A stretch of 62,668 nt of DNA, filler included, from Globobulimina sp. (taxonomy: Eukaryota): NCBI GenBank assembly GCA_003354225.1. It is 16 parts of 16 records of this genome, joined end to end, with 100 filler letters (N's around TTAATTAATTAA, not from the genome) between each part and the next. Parts side by side here need not be neighbours in the genome. Positions count along the whole stretch, not along the records: positions 47,092 to 50,912 come from PIVH01002042.1; positions 51,013 to 54,832 come from PIVH01002043.1; positions 54,933 to 58,750 come from PIVH01002044.1; positions 58,851 to 62,668 come from PIVH01002045.1; 12 more parts are not named here. One strand, written 5' to 3'. Made by a program: the position numbers and the translations under genes. The notes beneath the pieces are model-generated. The model ran no database searches. It was not told where the DNA came from and saw nothing but the letters and a program-made list of their open reading frames with translations. Below are positions 49,209 to 60,656 of this stretch, piece by piece; the stretch's first letter is position 1; each line of letters begins with the position of its first letter.

Positions 49209-50636
49209 TTATTCAACACTAAGACTTTTAGATTGCAACACTTTGATTCCTCTCACAAATTTTACCCAATGATTCTCCATAATTAATTGGTACGTTTCAC
49301 GCTCGACCTTTTGTGCAAAATATGCTGACAAAAATATTCAGATACAACCAAATTAACAACCATACCTCTGAGAAAAAATCTGTTTTCACTTCGAACATCT
49401 GTTTACAAGTAAACTTTTCATTCAATTCAGCCATTTTATTGAGTGTCTGGAACAAAAACAATTATTTTTATACTATATATATTGAGATATACTTAACATT
49501 TATGCGATTGTCGTGGGACAAATTGAGAGTAAATGGAGCCGTGGTTCGAATGGATGTTTTTGTAATATGTCTGGCCACCATATACCGCTCTTTATCGCAC
49601 GTTAGATTCTTAAATCTAAACAATGCCTTTAAAAACACGACAATTTCATAACACCACGTCTGTGATAAATACAAATATAAATATTCCCTCCCAATCGATG
49701 AGGCCAAGCACACCTTCAAATTCCTTAAAAATGCAATCTCTCCGCCCAGGAATTCTTGCGTAATACTATTTAAATGCGAATTGCATTTTAATTCCTGTCC
49801 AGTCATTATCTGTGCCGCTAAACTAAATATTTCATCCATCGCATATTTGATCTGTATATATCATATAATTAGTAATTATATTCATTTCCGCTTTATACCC
49901 TTTGATGTACAGATTACAGATTTTAGATATACCTCAATTGTATACGCCGCACCAAAATAATAAGAAAACGTTTCATGCATTGCCTGCAACATTGGATTAA
50001 AATGTTTTATATTCACACCAAAGTTCTGATGCATAGCACCTAATTTTAATAATAATGCGTATAAATCCATGTGGTCAATCACCAAATGTCTCATTAGCCA
50101 TCCGATCATATCCAAATATTTGATACTTTTGTGCTCGATGCTGCTGCTCTTAGTGGATGATTTCATGATTGTTTTCAACTCGGTGTTGGCAGTCAGCATC
50201 GAAAAAAAAATCGAAGACGCAATTTCCTGCATACATCGATCAACGGACAGATGCTGAATTGCTGATGTTTCTGAAGCGGTAAATAAGATAATTAATTAAC
50301 TAATTGTTGGGGAGCGGAGAGTGTATCGATTCTGTGCTGCCAAAATTGTGCAGCAATCTTACAGATGCGGCTAGAAATATATATTCCAGTCACTGTATTT
50401 GAAACAATTAAAGAGCTTCTTCTTCTTTTATGCGTAGATTTGGAATTGGAAGTTGTCGGTGTTTGGGCTAATGATGGCCGCGGCATTGACAAACGTGGCG
50501 TCAAAAGTGATTGAGATTTAGATGCCTGCGGCGTAATTGATAATTGAAGCCGTGGTGTAACATTGTCATTGTCAGAAGGGACATTTGCAACGATTTGATT
50601 TGGAACGGTTTGGTTTGAGCTTGATTCATGTCCCAT
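49209..50636 (-). CDS. Globin + RGS-domain fusion protein (387 aa, 5 exons)
   Basis: Exons 50636-50301, 50226-49933, 49851-49498, 49446-49366 and 49307-49209, all with phase-0 GT-AG introns and no internal stop. Globin F-helix LLKLGAMHQNFGVNIKHF. RGS-like IGREYLYLYL...EIVVF...ARHITKTSI...APFTLNLS...FFSEVERETYQLIMENHWVKF. Confidence 0.8.
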
Positions 50637-51125
50637 ATCGAAACTCTGTTGACTAGAAGATGGAGTACCTAAACTAAATATTAATAGGTTGTTTAGGGTG
50701 TTTAATTGTTTCTAGATAAGGTTATTTAACAAAAACCAAAACTTAAAAACTTTAGCTAAACTAGTGTTTATTAAAAAACATCAGAAATAGAAATGTTTCA
50801 CCTATTATTGTTTATGGAATCGGACTTACGTTATAGAAATAGAAATGTTTCACGTGTTATTTCCGGCTTTACAGAATGAAGCAACGCTGCTACAAGAATA
50901 TAAAACAATTTANNNNNNNNNNNNNNNNNNNNNNNNNNNNNNNNNNNNNNNNNNNNTTAATTAATTAANNNNNNNNNNNNNNNNNNNNNNNNNNNNNNNN
51001 NNNNNNNNNNNNTTTAGATTTTGGAGCAATAGAGTTCAAAACAAGAATACAACAATTGGCAGTTGAGCAATCAATGTTATCACTTCTAAATATATACACT
51101 AGAAAAACACTATCAACTTCGAAAC

Positions 51126-51431
51126 ATGGCAACCGCAGAAGGTGTAGAAAAAGGCTCTCTCGCTGCATTACGCGCAGAACGATCCACTAAAAAACAACAA
51201 TCAGACAAGGATGGTTCTGTCGTCTCTGAGATTACAAATAGACCAAGTATATCACCATCGGATGTGCCTACAACAACTGCACCAATAAAAAATCCAACAA
51301 CTGCAACAACAGAAGTAACCACAGAAGTAACAAACGACGAGGTTTACGTGGATGAGGTTGATATCTATGATGGTAAATATGTTAAACAGTTGATACAGTG
51401 CATGGTTCATTTGTTATTGTCCATATTCTAA
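51126..51431 (+). CDS. Small Thr-rich hypothetical protein (3' structure uncertain)
   Basis: Good ATG context and protein-like composition. Probable donor near 51372. Confidence 0.35.
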   Translation: MATAEGVEKGSLAALRAERSTKKQQSDKDGSVVSEITNRPSISPSDVPTTTAPIKNPTTATTEVTTEVTNDEVYVDEVDIYDGKYVKQLIQCMVHLLLSIF

Positions 51432-51609
51432 CATTAAAAACACAGATTAATCCGATCACCAAAATAACGGGAATTGCCGTTTTTGTCATGGTCAGATTAA
51501 TCCTGTATATATTTAGAATGTTGACAATAACAAATGAACAACAAAATACCAACAACATATTACAGGTGAAACTGAAAAATGTCAATGTGATTATTGTTAT
51601 TATTGTGCT

Positions 51610-52158
51610 ATGCCATCAATATCAATACCATTCGTATTATATACAATATTTGCATTATTTATTGTTATGGATATTAGTTTATTGGTAATTAATATTAATG
51701 CAAATGGCGAGGAAGGAACGTATTTATCTGTTAATTATCAATGTGTAAATAATATGGTAATATATGAGGCAACAACTGAATATGGTGAAACATATACAAA
51801 TAAAATGGATCCAAATAAATGGATGATAACAGCTGCGATATTTGGAATTGTATATAGTTTATTATCATTTGTAAGAATACATAGTTTAGCGTGCCATGCC
51901 GGTAATGATTTAAATGATACTCAAGGATGCAGTGTAGTATGCGCTACATTTTTATCTGTAGCTACATTTATAATATCTTGTATTGGATTTAATATATATG
52001 GAAGATTTGATGAGCAATGTAAACAAAGTGATATTGGAAGATGTATATTGTGTTGGTCATCATTAAGATTATTTGCATCTTTGGCAGATTGCGGAATTTT
52101 ATGTGTGGTGTGCTATTGTTCTGCTTTTTGGGAGTGTTGTTGTGCTAAAAATGCGTGA
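51610..52158 (+). CDS. Cys-rich 4-TM membrane protein (start uncertain)
   Basis: Four hydrophobic segments and a Cys-rich C-terminus. Confidence 0.55.
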   Translation: MPSISIPFVLYTIFALFIVMDISLLVININANGEEGTYLSVNYQCVNNMVIYEATTEYGETYTNKMDPNKWMITAAIFGIVYSLLSFVRIHSLACHAGNDLNDTQGCSVVCATFLSVATFIISCIGFNIYGRFDEQCKQSDIGRCILCWSSLRLFASLADCGILCVVCYCSAFWECCCAKNA

Positions 52159-52382
52159 AAGTGATAAAGAAACCACCAAATAGAATATATCTGTTTTGTT
52201 GTGTTGTTTTCATTTATGTTTTGATGTAAAATCACTATGTACCCCCCACCCATATAATTTGTTTGTATATTTATGTTAATAAAAAGATCATTCACATACA
52301 GAAACTTCAGCTGCCTTCTCTATAATCGATGATTCCGATTGGAACATTACTGTAAAGTTTTACGTACTACTAATAATTCATC

Positions 52383-54179
52383 ATGTCACTATGTCGTCTG
52401 TTATTACATTTGTTTCTGCCAACTGCTGGTACAGCACAATGCCTAACACCCATAGAAACTTCGTCATATGGTAATGACGGAGAGAATAAATTCATGCAAT
52501 ATAAATATCTCAATCAAGGAAAGGTTATAAGCATATCGTGGGGAACCTGGAACCCACAGCAAAATATACCCTACACACTAGGCAATGTATCATGGAACGA
52601 AGCAACTTCATCAAATATCGTTAGTCACGGACTCAATTTCAATGCATGTCCTTCATTCACTCTCCAAACTAATGATTATATTAACGGCTATCGGGTAGTA
52701 TATAGCAACCTATATATTTATGGATTATTTTTCTACACATTCCAGCAAAAATCATTCCAGTGTATCCACAATAACATTATTAATAATATCAATGCTTACA
52801 CTGATTCAGGAATCATACACCATAACAAATCGTATCTATCAGGCTTTACATTCTACGCAGGCTCAATAATTGATGGTATTTCATTGCAATTCACACCGAT
52901 GCATAACTGCTGTACTTGCTGTCACTGCATTGTCTCTAAAATTAGCAGTGGCTGCAGCGAAGCAACCGATATATGCGAAAACACCATTTGCAGCCTATAC
53001 CCATTATGCTGTAACAATGCATGGAATGATATCTGTTCTCATCTTGCTGACAAACACTGCCACGGCAATGGTGCTGCATTCATGCCACCTCCACCATTGC
53101 TAACATCTGATTGGCTGCTAATTGCTCGTTTGAACAATGTCTCAGTTGGCACATTCGATGCAGACATTGTCAACACAGGAAACGAGAATGCTAACAACAA
53201 AAATGCCAATACGTACAGCATAATCGGACAAATTGGGAATATAATACATACTTTGCAAGGGCCACAATTGTATGAGGACGATTATGGCAGATACCAATTC
53301 AAATTGATATACCATAATTTTGATGGTACACAATATACTCTTCTCTTTAAGCAATCATCGTGGATTGAAACAACCAGAATTGAGGGATATGTCCCAATTG
53401 ATGTCCCCGCAGAACCTAATAATACGTTGGATTGTGCTAGATTTGAAGGGTTGGGATTGTCTGATTATAATGAAGACAGTTATATTGATGGAAATGCGAT
53501 GGGTGGATGTTGGTGGAACTCTGTGGTTACGCTAAAAACACATATGGATGGAATCCCTGCGTTTATGCAAAAAATCGCATATCATTCAGCATTGTACATA
53601 TTGGAATATCAAATATTTTCGCCAACACAACATCCAACAATAAGACCAATGATAAATGAAACGAATCCATCGCAATCACCGAGTATAAATCTAGTCATTG
53701 AAACAGTGTATAATGCGTATGATACTACTGCAGAAATTGAAGATAAAATAGAGGCAAAAACTGATACTAATTGGATAATTATTGTGTTGGTTGTTGTTTT
53801 TGTGGTGTTAATATTGTTTGGTATATTTGTGGTAGTCATATATATGTACGTCAGCAGAAAAGGAATGTGGCAGCGCACCGCAAATGTGGCAGCAAATAGT
53901 TCTACAAAAAGCAAAATAACTTCTTCATGTACAATGAGTGAAAAAAGTGCTGATAATATCCAACATGGATTGGTTACAAATACGCAACAGAAACAATTCG
54001 TTATTTTTGATGATGGCACAAATGATGCTGAAGTAATAGGTGATGATGAAATGATAACTCCAGGGAATATTACAGACATTAATATTGTAGCAAATGAGTT
54101 TGAGAGTGCAATTGCAAAGACATATTTTAATGTAGAAACCAGAAGAGATACAAATCGAAACAAAGAGGGTTATTATTAA
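52383..54179 (+). CDS. Type I membrane glycoprotein: jacalin-like lectin, Cys-rich module, unknown domain, PT stalk, TM
   Basis: Signal peptide. F.L...DYINGYRV...IYGLFF.T...YLSGF..YAGSIIDGI.LQF is a beta-prism pattern. SPTQHPT stalk and a long TM. Confidence 0.7.
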   Translation: MSLCRLLLHLFLPTAGTAQCLTPIETSSYGNDGENKFMQYKYLNQGKVISISWGTWNPQQNIPYTLGNVSWNEATSSNIVSHGLNFNACPSFTLQTNDYINGYRVVYSNLYIYGLFFYTFQQKSFQCIHNNIINNINAYTDSGIIHHNKSYLSGFTFYAGSIIDGISLQFTPMHNCCTCCHCIVSKISSGCSEATDICENTICSLYPLCCNNAWNDICSHLADKHCHGNGAAFMPPPPLLTSDWLLIARLNNVSVGTFDADIVNTGNENANNKNANTYSIIGQIGNIIHTLQGPQLYEDDYGRYQFKLIYHNFDGTQYTLLFKQSSWIETTRIEGYVPIDVPAEPNNTLDCARFEGLGLSDYNEDSYIDGNAMGGCWWNSVVTLKTHMDGIPAFMQKIAYHSALYILEYQIFSPTQHPTIRPMINETNPSQSPSINLVIETVYNAYDTTAEIEDKIEAKTDTNWIIIVLVVVFVVLILFGIFVVVIYMYVSRKGMWQRTANVAANSSTKSKITSSCTMSEKSADNIQHGLVTNTQQKQFVIFDDGTNDAEVIGDDEMITPGNITDINIVANEFESAIAKTYFNVETRRDTNRNKEGYY

Positions 54180-54487
54180 AGAAAGAGCAATTGGAAATTT
54201 CGATGCATTTTAAAACCAGACTTTACTTTTCTAAGGTTAGAGATGTTAGATATTGAAGTTTTCTTGAAGTGAAAAACAACATAAGTGAATAATGGACCCT
54301 GAGATAACAACAGAAGTAACAGCAGAAGTAATAAACGATGATGGGAATGCAGTGCTATATCAATCAACTGCAGCCTTCAAAGCAAAACAGAAATAAACAT
54401 TTTATGTACAATCATCAATTTCATTAGCAATAATCAATAATGTATCAATTTCTTCTTCTTTTATAAAACTTTCGTTTATATCATTAT

Positions 54488-54740
54488 AGAGTTAGTGCAT
54501 TTAAGCTGCGGACCATTTCAGTGTCATTTCATTCGTTCAGCAACGATATCAAGGTTTTCAACTCAATTAAAAACTTTTGTACAAAATATGTAAGTAATTG
54601 TTTATTATGTCCTTTTACATATAAATACGGTTGATATAATTCAGTATTTATTCGTTTAGTCTGTTAAATATTGATTGTAGACGGATAGAATCAACTGAAT
54701 TATCGATTTTACTTTCTTTTCACTTAAATGCACTAACTCT
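54488..54740. mobile_element. MITE (253 bp) with perfect 18-bp TIRs and a TAT target-site duplication
   Basis: AGAGTTAGTGCATTTAAG (54488-54505) and CTTAAATGCACTAACTCT (54723-54740), with TAT on both flanks. Non-coding interior. Confidence 0.8.
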
Positions 54741-55746
54741 TATCAGCTGTCTCCATATTGCTGTCATTGCAGATATCAACCATCTCGATATCAGCATCTT
54801 TTGTTCTGCCTTTGTTTCTTCCTCTTTTTGTTNNNNNNNNNNNNNNNNNNNNNNNNNNNNNNNNNNNNNNNNNNNNTTAATTAATTAANNNNNNNNNNNN
54901 NNNNNNNNNNNNNNNNNNNNNNNNNNNNNNNNAATTCGCGGGTTTCGTATCCTAAAGACGCCATGGTAATGTTGTGAGGATGTATTAAAGAAAGTTTTTT
55001 GATGTTTTGGTTTTGGTATCTAAATTGATAATGCCACGGACAATAAAAGATATCTAATAATAGGATTACAAACTTACAATGTTGCAATAGGTGACATACA
55101 AAAAATAAATGCATATCATCCAAAATAATTGGGATTATAATTTCTGACAGAATGGCTTTGATTAATTGGTAATTGAATGGTAAAATTGGTAATATAAATG
55201 CCTCGATATCGGTTTACATTTATATAACCGGAACGTATTACAATTCGGTCAATGTAGAAATTATTATTCACGACCAATGCTGCTCTTTTTCGAGGCGTTG
55301 TCATGTGACCCAAACGTAGTTGTAACTGTGCGTCGGATACCAACCAACCAGATTGTACATATCTTTTCTGTGCGCACGCTTCTTTTGCTAGTTTGGCAAT
55401 ATTAATTGCTTGTAAATTATCCTCAGATGCTTTAAATGCAAAATAATCGGTGTGATTGTGTGAATTAAAATCATTTGATTGGGTGTGATTGTGTGACACT
55501 TGTTTGTGTACTGGATTTTCGCGAAAACACTGCCTGATTTGTTATTGTATACTTCGCAACAAATGAAAAACACATTGTTTTATTCGTGGAACAGGAGTTT
55601 TTTGTGATTGGTTGAATTTATTAATTCTCAAAATAAACTTATTTCTTTCTTTCAAGTTTTTAAGTTTTTAGTTTTTTATTTAAGAGTAAGGCATAGAGTC
55701 AGAAACACAAAGCCTTGAACAACAACAAAAGAGCAAATACATCGAG

Positions 55747-58416
55747 ATGTCGATATCAATCAATGTCGGAAACGCTTTGCGCGTTACCAATATGAAAAGA
55801 ATAATCGCTCGAAGTATATTACACACCATACGAATCCCATCAATTCGTGCACCTCAAGATCCAGATAAATTCGTGGATAACATCTTGATTGAATTCTATG
55901 ATGCAATCAATTTAGGCATCAAATTCAATGATATTCGCAAGACCGTGGACAACGTCGAACATGTCGCATTTAAGATAGTCCGTGGTGGCACACCCGCGGA
56001 TTTATGTAAATTACGCAAATGCGTGCAAGGTGAGCTTGTCATTGAGGATGAAAATGACCCGCTATGGGCATCCAGTGACGCACAAGGAAGAATTTGCCCA
56101 AATATGCATCAAATCAAATGCCATGAATTTGTTTCGAACATCAAAGAATCAGTGATCAGTATCATTGAAAATCAATTAGAGAATTATTTCGAATCGAATC
56201 TCGACTATCCGACGTTAAACCTCATCGACACATTACTTAAAGCATTGAAGGGTTCGAAGAGCCATCCAAACCCAGAGGGTCTTAAAGAATTTGCTGAAAC
56301 GGCATCTTATGTTTGGAGAATTGGCACCAAACAATGGAATACGTGGTTAGCCAACGCTGGCAATCACATGACCATCAATAACAGCCCGAGCCTGGAAATG
56401 TATGACGGCAAAGACTTTGGCCTACATAAAGCCAAAATAAATTACAGGGTGGCTTCGCTTAAAATTGATTGGAAAGGCATTGGTGAATGGATCCAATCCC
56501 TGCAAAATGGCCTAAATAGCACCGAGTTATTCGATGCTTATAAGAAAGCGATATTGAAACCAAATCAATTAATCGCAGAGATAAACCAAGCACAAGATAA
56601 CCATAACGTTTCTGTGGACGCAGATGGCTCTGATTCGAAAATGGAAAATGACGACGTTGCAACTCAGCCAAAACCACCAAAACGTCATGATATTGATATG
56701 TCTCAATGGAGCGAAGATTTGCAAGGTTTAGGTGGTGAAATCCCTGAAAACAGCGACAATCGCAAAAGAACCCTAACATTCCTACAAAAGATGAATGAGA
56801 AACACAGACAGAAAGAATTAGAAATTTCTATACGAAAACAGAAAATTGATGATTTACAGAAAAACATCGATAGCTCGGCACAAGAACACTGCACACAATT
56901 AATTGCAAATGCGGGTGCCATAGAAAAGAAAGTTCGAAATGATGTAAGCGGCGCAAACAAAGCAGCCTTAGCTCCCGGTTTAGATTTCTTTCATCCGGGT
57001 ATTATAAACAAATCCGATCAAATTAGAGCCGAAGAGATAGTTAAAAAATACAGCGGAGGCCAAATAAAAGAAAAAGATGTACATCAATACATGATGAACA
57101 ATATGTATGATTTTGAGAATTATAAAAAAGAAATGGCCGCTCTTGATCATGACATAAATGGCGAACTATCAAAGAGCAAGAAATTGAGTGCGAGATTACA
57201 ATTTTATGAATTATGCACCGAAGGAGGAGGTGACGTGATTCACATCCTACGGTATTTAGCAATGATTGGCGAATTAAATTGGAGTAAAAATCACTTCAAT
57301 ATCGATGCATGCATTACTTCATTTATTAAATCCAAAACCGCGGCATTCCAATTTGGGAGAATGACAGCGGACGCACTAAATACCCTTTCTGACGTACATA
57401 AAAAGGAAGGGACTACCACCCAATCCATTGAAATTAGCATTTATTTATATATCCAAGCATTACAATGGCGTGAATTTGGAAAATTTATTGACAACAATCT
57501 CCGCACATATTTACAATACGAGGACGGTTTGCAAGCAATGAATTATTTATTAATTCAACGCAGAGCGAGATTCAACAATGACGGCAAACAAGTATTAGAA
57601 GCCGTGAATAACAGATTATTTTTGAGTTCGTGGAAAATGGATATTATGGCAAAAGAACATGAGAATAAAGTCGAAACCCGAGGCTTTAACATCACTTTAA
57701 ACAAAATTAAATCTGTGAAACAACCTCAAAAAATCAAAGCAGATCATGTACCACAAAACCAACCACAAGTTGGAGACTCTTACTATTCGCATCGTGGAAA
57801 TGGGAGAGGAAGAGGACGTGGCAGAGGTAGAGGAAGAGGATATGGCCGAGGTCGTGGTCGTGGTCGAGGACGGGGCCGTGGTCGAGGCCGCGGTTATTAT
57901 AATCAACAAAATTATGTTCAAAATTATGATTATAATAACAATTATAATCACAATAATCATCAACCACAACAATTCCAACAACAACACCAACATTTTCCCA
58001 CACAATCCATGCATCATCATCCTCCTCCTTCTAACCATGCACATCCTCACCCAAATCGACATTTTAATCCACAAACACGTCCTAATCCATATCAACCGAA
58101 TACTCACCGTACAGAACCTCCAAAGAAGAAACAAAAAATTGACGAATCGCGTCTACCGATTGGCTTACGAGGACGTGTAGTAAATGTACGAAAAATGGCC
58201 ATATACCGAAATGAAAATGGTCGTTTATTTGGCGGACCAGAATTAAGTGCATCGGTCTGCAGACATATGGAGCGAGGCAACTGTTACTTCGCTGGAGACC
58301 ATGGACGATGTGATTATCATCACATGTGTCGACACTGCTACGTCGTAAATGAACATATTAGTGATCAATGCCAGGAAATGCACAGAGGCAACGTACACGG
58401 ATATGGTGGTCGATAA
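55747..58416 (+). CDS. Intronless Gag-like ORF with RG repeats and C-terminal Cys/His finger (tyrosine-recombinase retrotransposon-like)
   Basis: (RG)n tract, N/Q/H-rich region and CRHMERGNC.....CDYHHMCRHC....H....C, as in DIRS/Ngaro ORF1 C-termini. Confidence 0.55.
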   Translation: MSISINVGNALRVTNMKRIIARSILHTIRIPSIRAPQDPDKFVDNILIEFYDAINLGIKFNDIRKTVDNVEHVAFKIVRGGTPADLCKLRKCVQGELVIEDENDPLWASSDAQGRICPNMHQIKCHEFVSNIKESVISIIENQLENYFESNLDYPTLNLIDTLLKALKGSKSHPNPEGLKEFAETASYVWRIGTKQWNTWLANAGNHMTINNSPSLEMYDGKDFGLHKAKINYRVASLKIDWKGIGEWIQSLQNGLNSTELFDAYKKAILKPNQLIAEINQAQDNHNVSVDADGSDSKMENDDVATQPKPPKRHDIDMSQWSEDLQGLGGEIPENSDNRKRTLTFLQKMNEKHRQKELEISIRKQKIDDLQKNIDSSAQEHCTQLIANAGAIEKKVRNDVSGANKAALAPGLDFFHPGIINKSDQIRAEEIVKKYSGGQIKEKDVHQYMMNNMYDFENYKKEMAALDHDINGELSKSKKLSARLQFYELCTEGGGDVIHILRYLAMIGELNWSKNHFNIDACITSFIKSKTAAFQFGRMTADALNTLSDVHKKEGTTTQSIEISIYLYIQALQWREFGKFIDNNLRTYLQYEDGLQAMNYLLIQRRARFNNDGKQVLEAVNNRLFLSSWKMDIMAKEHENKVETRGFNITLNKIKSVKQPQKIKADHVPQNQPQVGDSYYSHRGNGRGRGRGRGRGRGYGRGRGRGRGRGRGRGRGYYNQQNYVQNYDYNNNYNHNNHQPQQFQQQHQHFPTQSMHHHPPPSNHAHPHPNRHFNPQTRPNPYQPNTHRTEPPKKKQKIDESRLPIGLRGRVVNVRKMAIYRNENGRLFGGPELSASVCRHMERGNCYFAGDHGRCDYHHMCRHCYVVNEHISDQCQEMHRGNVHGYGGR

Positions 58417-58850
58417 CTATAAAATCCATGAATATCATCAAAATAAACAGTATTATACGCGATATATTGTCTCCTCTCCTTTCATACATTATATTCACCA
58501 GTATTTATCAATACATTTATTTTTATGATTTATAATCTGTTTATATTATTATATATTATATATCCCCTTATCTCTAATATTATGACATCATTGTATACTA
58601 CGTGTATACATTAAACATTTAATATACAACTTAGGTCTTTGTTATCTCAATATTACTGTTTGTATATTAACATTGACAAAAGCGCACGTCTTACTGACTA
58701 CTGCTTTTTAGACAAGTCTCAGCATCGTTTGTTAGTTGAAATATTTAATCNNNNNNNNNNNNNNNNNNNNNNNNNNNNNNNNNNNNNNNNNNNNTTAATT
58801 AATTAANNNNNNNNNNNNNNNNNNNNNNNNNNNNNNNNNNNNNNNNNNNN

Positions 58851-60588
58851 CAGTTGTGATGCTTTGTGCATCTCTCTGGTGTTTACTTTCGAGGCCAGAT
58901 TTAATATGTTATACTCACAATTGTGAATCTCAATCATATCCAATATTTGATTAATAATTCCAGAATCAAATAAATGCCCATCAATCTTCAACACTGTGCT
59001 CTTTATGTTGTCTGCTGGAGCGATTTTCATACTCATCTTATGGTATACTTACGGTAACAAATATTCGAAAATTGATTTAATTGTTGCTGATTTATGACGA
59101 AATACAAAATGTGCAACAATGGAATACCTTATGTTGTCGTCTGAGCGCACGAATATATTGAAAATTCTTTGTGTAATCGCCATTATATGTAATCCTAATA
59201 TTACATGTATTATTTAAAACTAATTAGTAAATGAACATAGAATATAACTAAACATTGCATTAAACATTTCAGCGCCTAAATATTTCTCTTGTTGATCCAT
59301 ACTTGTATCAGTACCACAGTCACTCGTTGCCAATCTCTCTAAATAAGGATACAATGTTTTGCTAAAATATTCACTTGAATCTTTCGGTAATTCCGCGGGT
59401 AATGAGTCAACTGCTAATATTAATACACCATCACCGTCAATCTCATCCACAATATCATCTAAATCTGGATTATACGTAAAAAATGGCGAATCTGTATTGC
59501 TTGTTTTCGACATGAATTCAAAGGCGCCTTCCACATCACAGGATATATCAAATAAAGCAAGCATTGCTCCCGGATTACTACTATATAACTCTTGCATTTG
59601 TTTGTTGCTTAATAAACGCGGATATCTGTGATCCCAATACATTCCATTCACCAATACCGAGGTATAGGGTGCTATTCTACTATGAAAGACTGGTTCATAC
59701 TCTTCTGGATAATCAAAATAATGTTTCTCCTCAAATAAGTCACCATTCTTCCGATGTGAAACTATGGATTGTGTGGATAATACTACTCCATATACTTTGT
59801 GTGAATCAAAATTATGCCGCAACTTAGGTAAATCTTTTGCGTCTATGAATTCATGCGGTAACAATTTAAACATTTCTAATGCGCCATTTGTAACATTACC
59901 ACCTTTGCCAGTAAATGTAAACACAAATGGAGCATATTTCTGTGGTAATCCATATTTCGTGATCATTTCGCCAATTTTAGCAACTTGCAGTTGCGCATCA
60001 TTTAACGAGGTATACATATACGTACTGGATATATTAAGAAAGGGCGTGGCAGAATCCTTTGCTAATAAATGTTCTCCCAACCCCCGCATACCTGTAACCA
60101 TCCCGGACAATCCAGCAAATCGCCCAAACGCAACAGTCCTAACTTTTGTATCTGGGTTTTTGATGCATTCGTAATCGAATAAACGTATTTTTTTTGCAAA
60201 ACATTCATCAAGAAAAGGCATATTTGCTGGCTGTCCTTTAATTACTTTGTGTGATATAATATTTAATACTGACATGATACACAGTACAGAAGATAATACG
60301 ACATTACGTACCATGCGAAAAATTTAAGTATGAATGATTTTCAAATAGTTTATGTGATTCAATGTCTTTCACACCAATAATAAAGGACGATGGTGATAAA
60401 TCATTTGTAATTATTGCGCCTGCTTTTTTATAATCGATATCTTTAAACACTCTCCGTTCGCAGGGTTCAATTAACACTTTGATCTGACGATCGACCAACT
60501 TCTTTACTTCTGATGGTGTTATTGCTACACGACGTTCCCATTTGTTTTTTACTTCACGGAGAATACCGATTGATTTTGTTGCTTTCAT
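58851..60588 (-). CDS. AASS: Lysine-ketoglutarate reductase/saccharopine dehydrogenase, 3'-partial
   Basis: RE.KNKWERR, FSHVIKGQ..NM (spliced), RLFDYE, AFGRFAG, YWD.RYPRL, DISCD and VDSLPAELP. Confidence 0.93.
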
Positions 60589-60656
60589 TATCGGTGGAAA
60601 CAAAGAGGTTTTCAAAGTTTTCTACTACATCAACCTAACATATATAAAATAAAAAC

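Noticed and set aside
57697-58180. Overlapping Ile/Val-rich ORFs
   Set aside because: Alternative-frame shadows of the RG/N/Q repeats in the 889-aa ORF.
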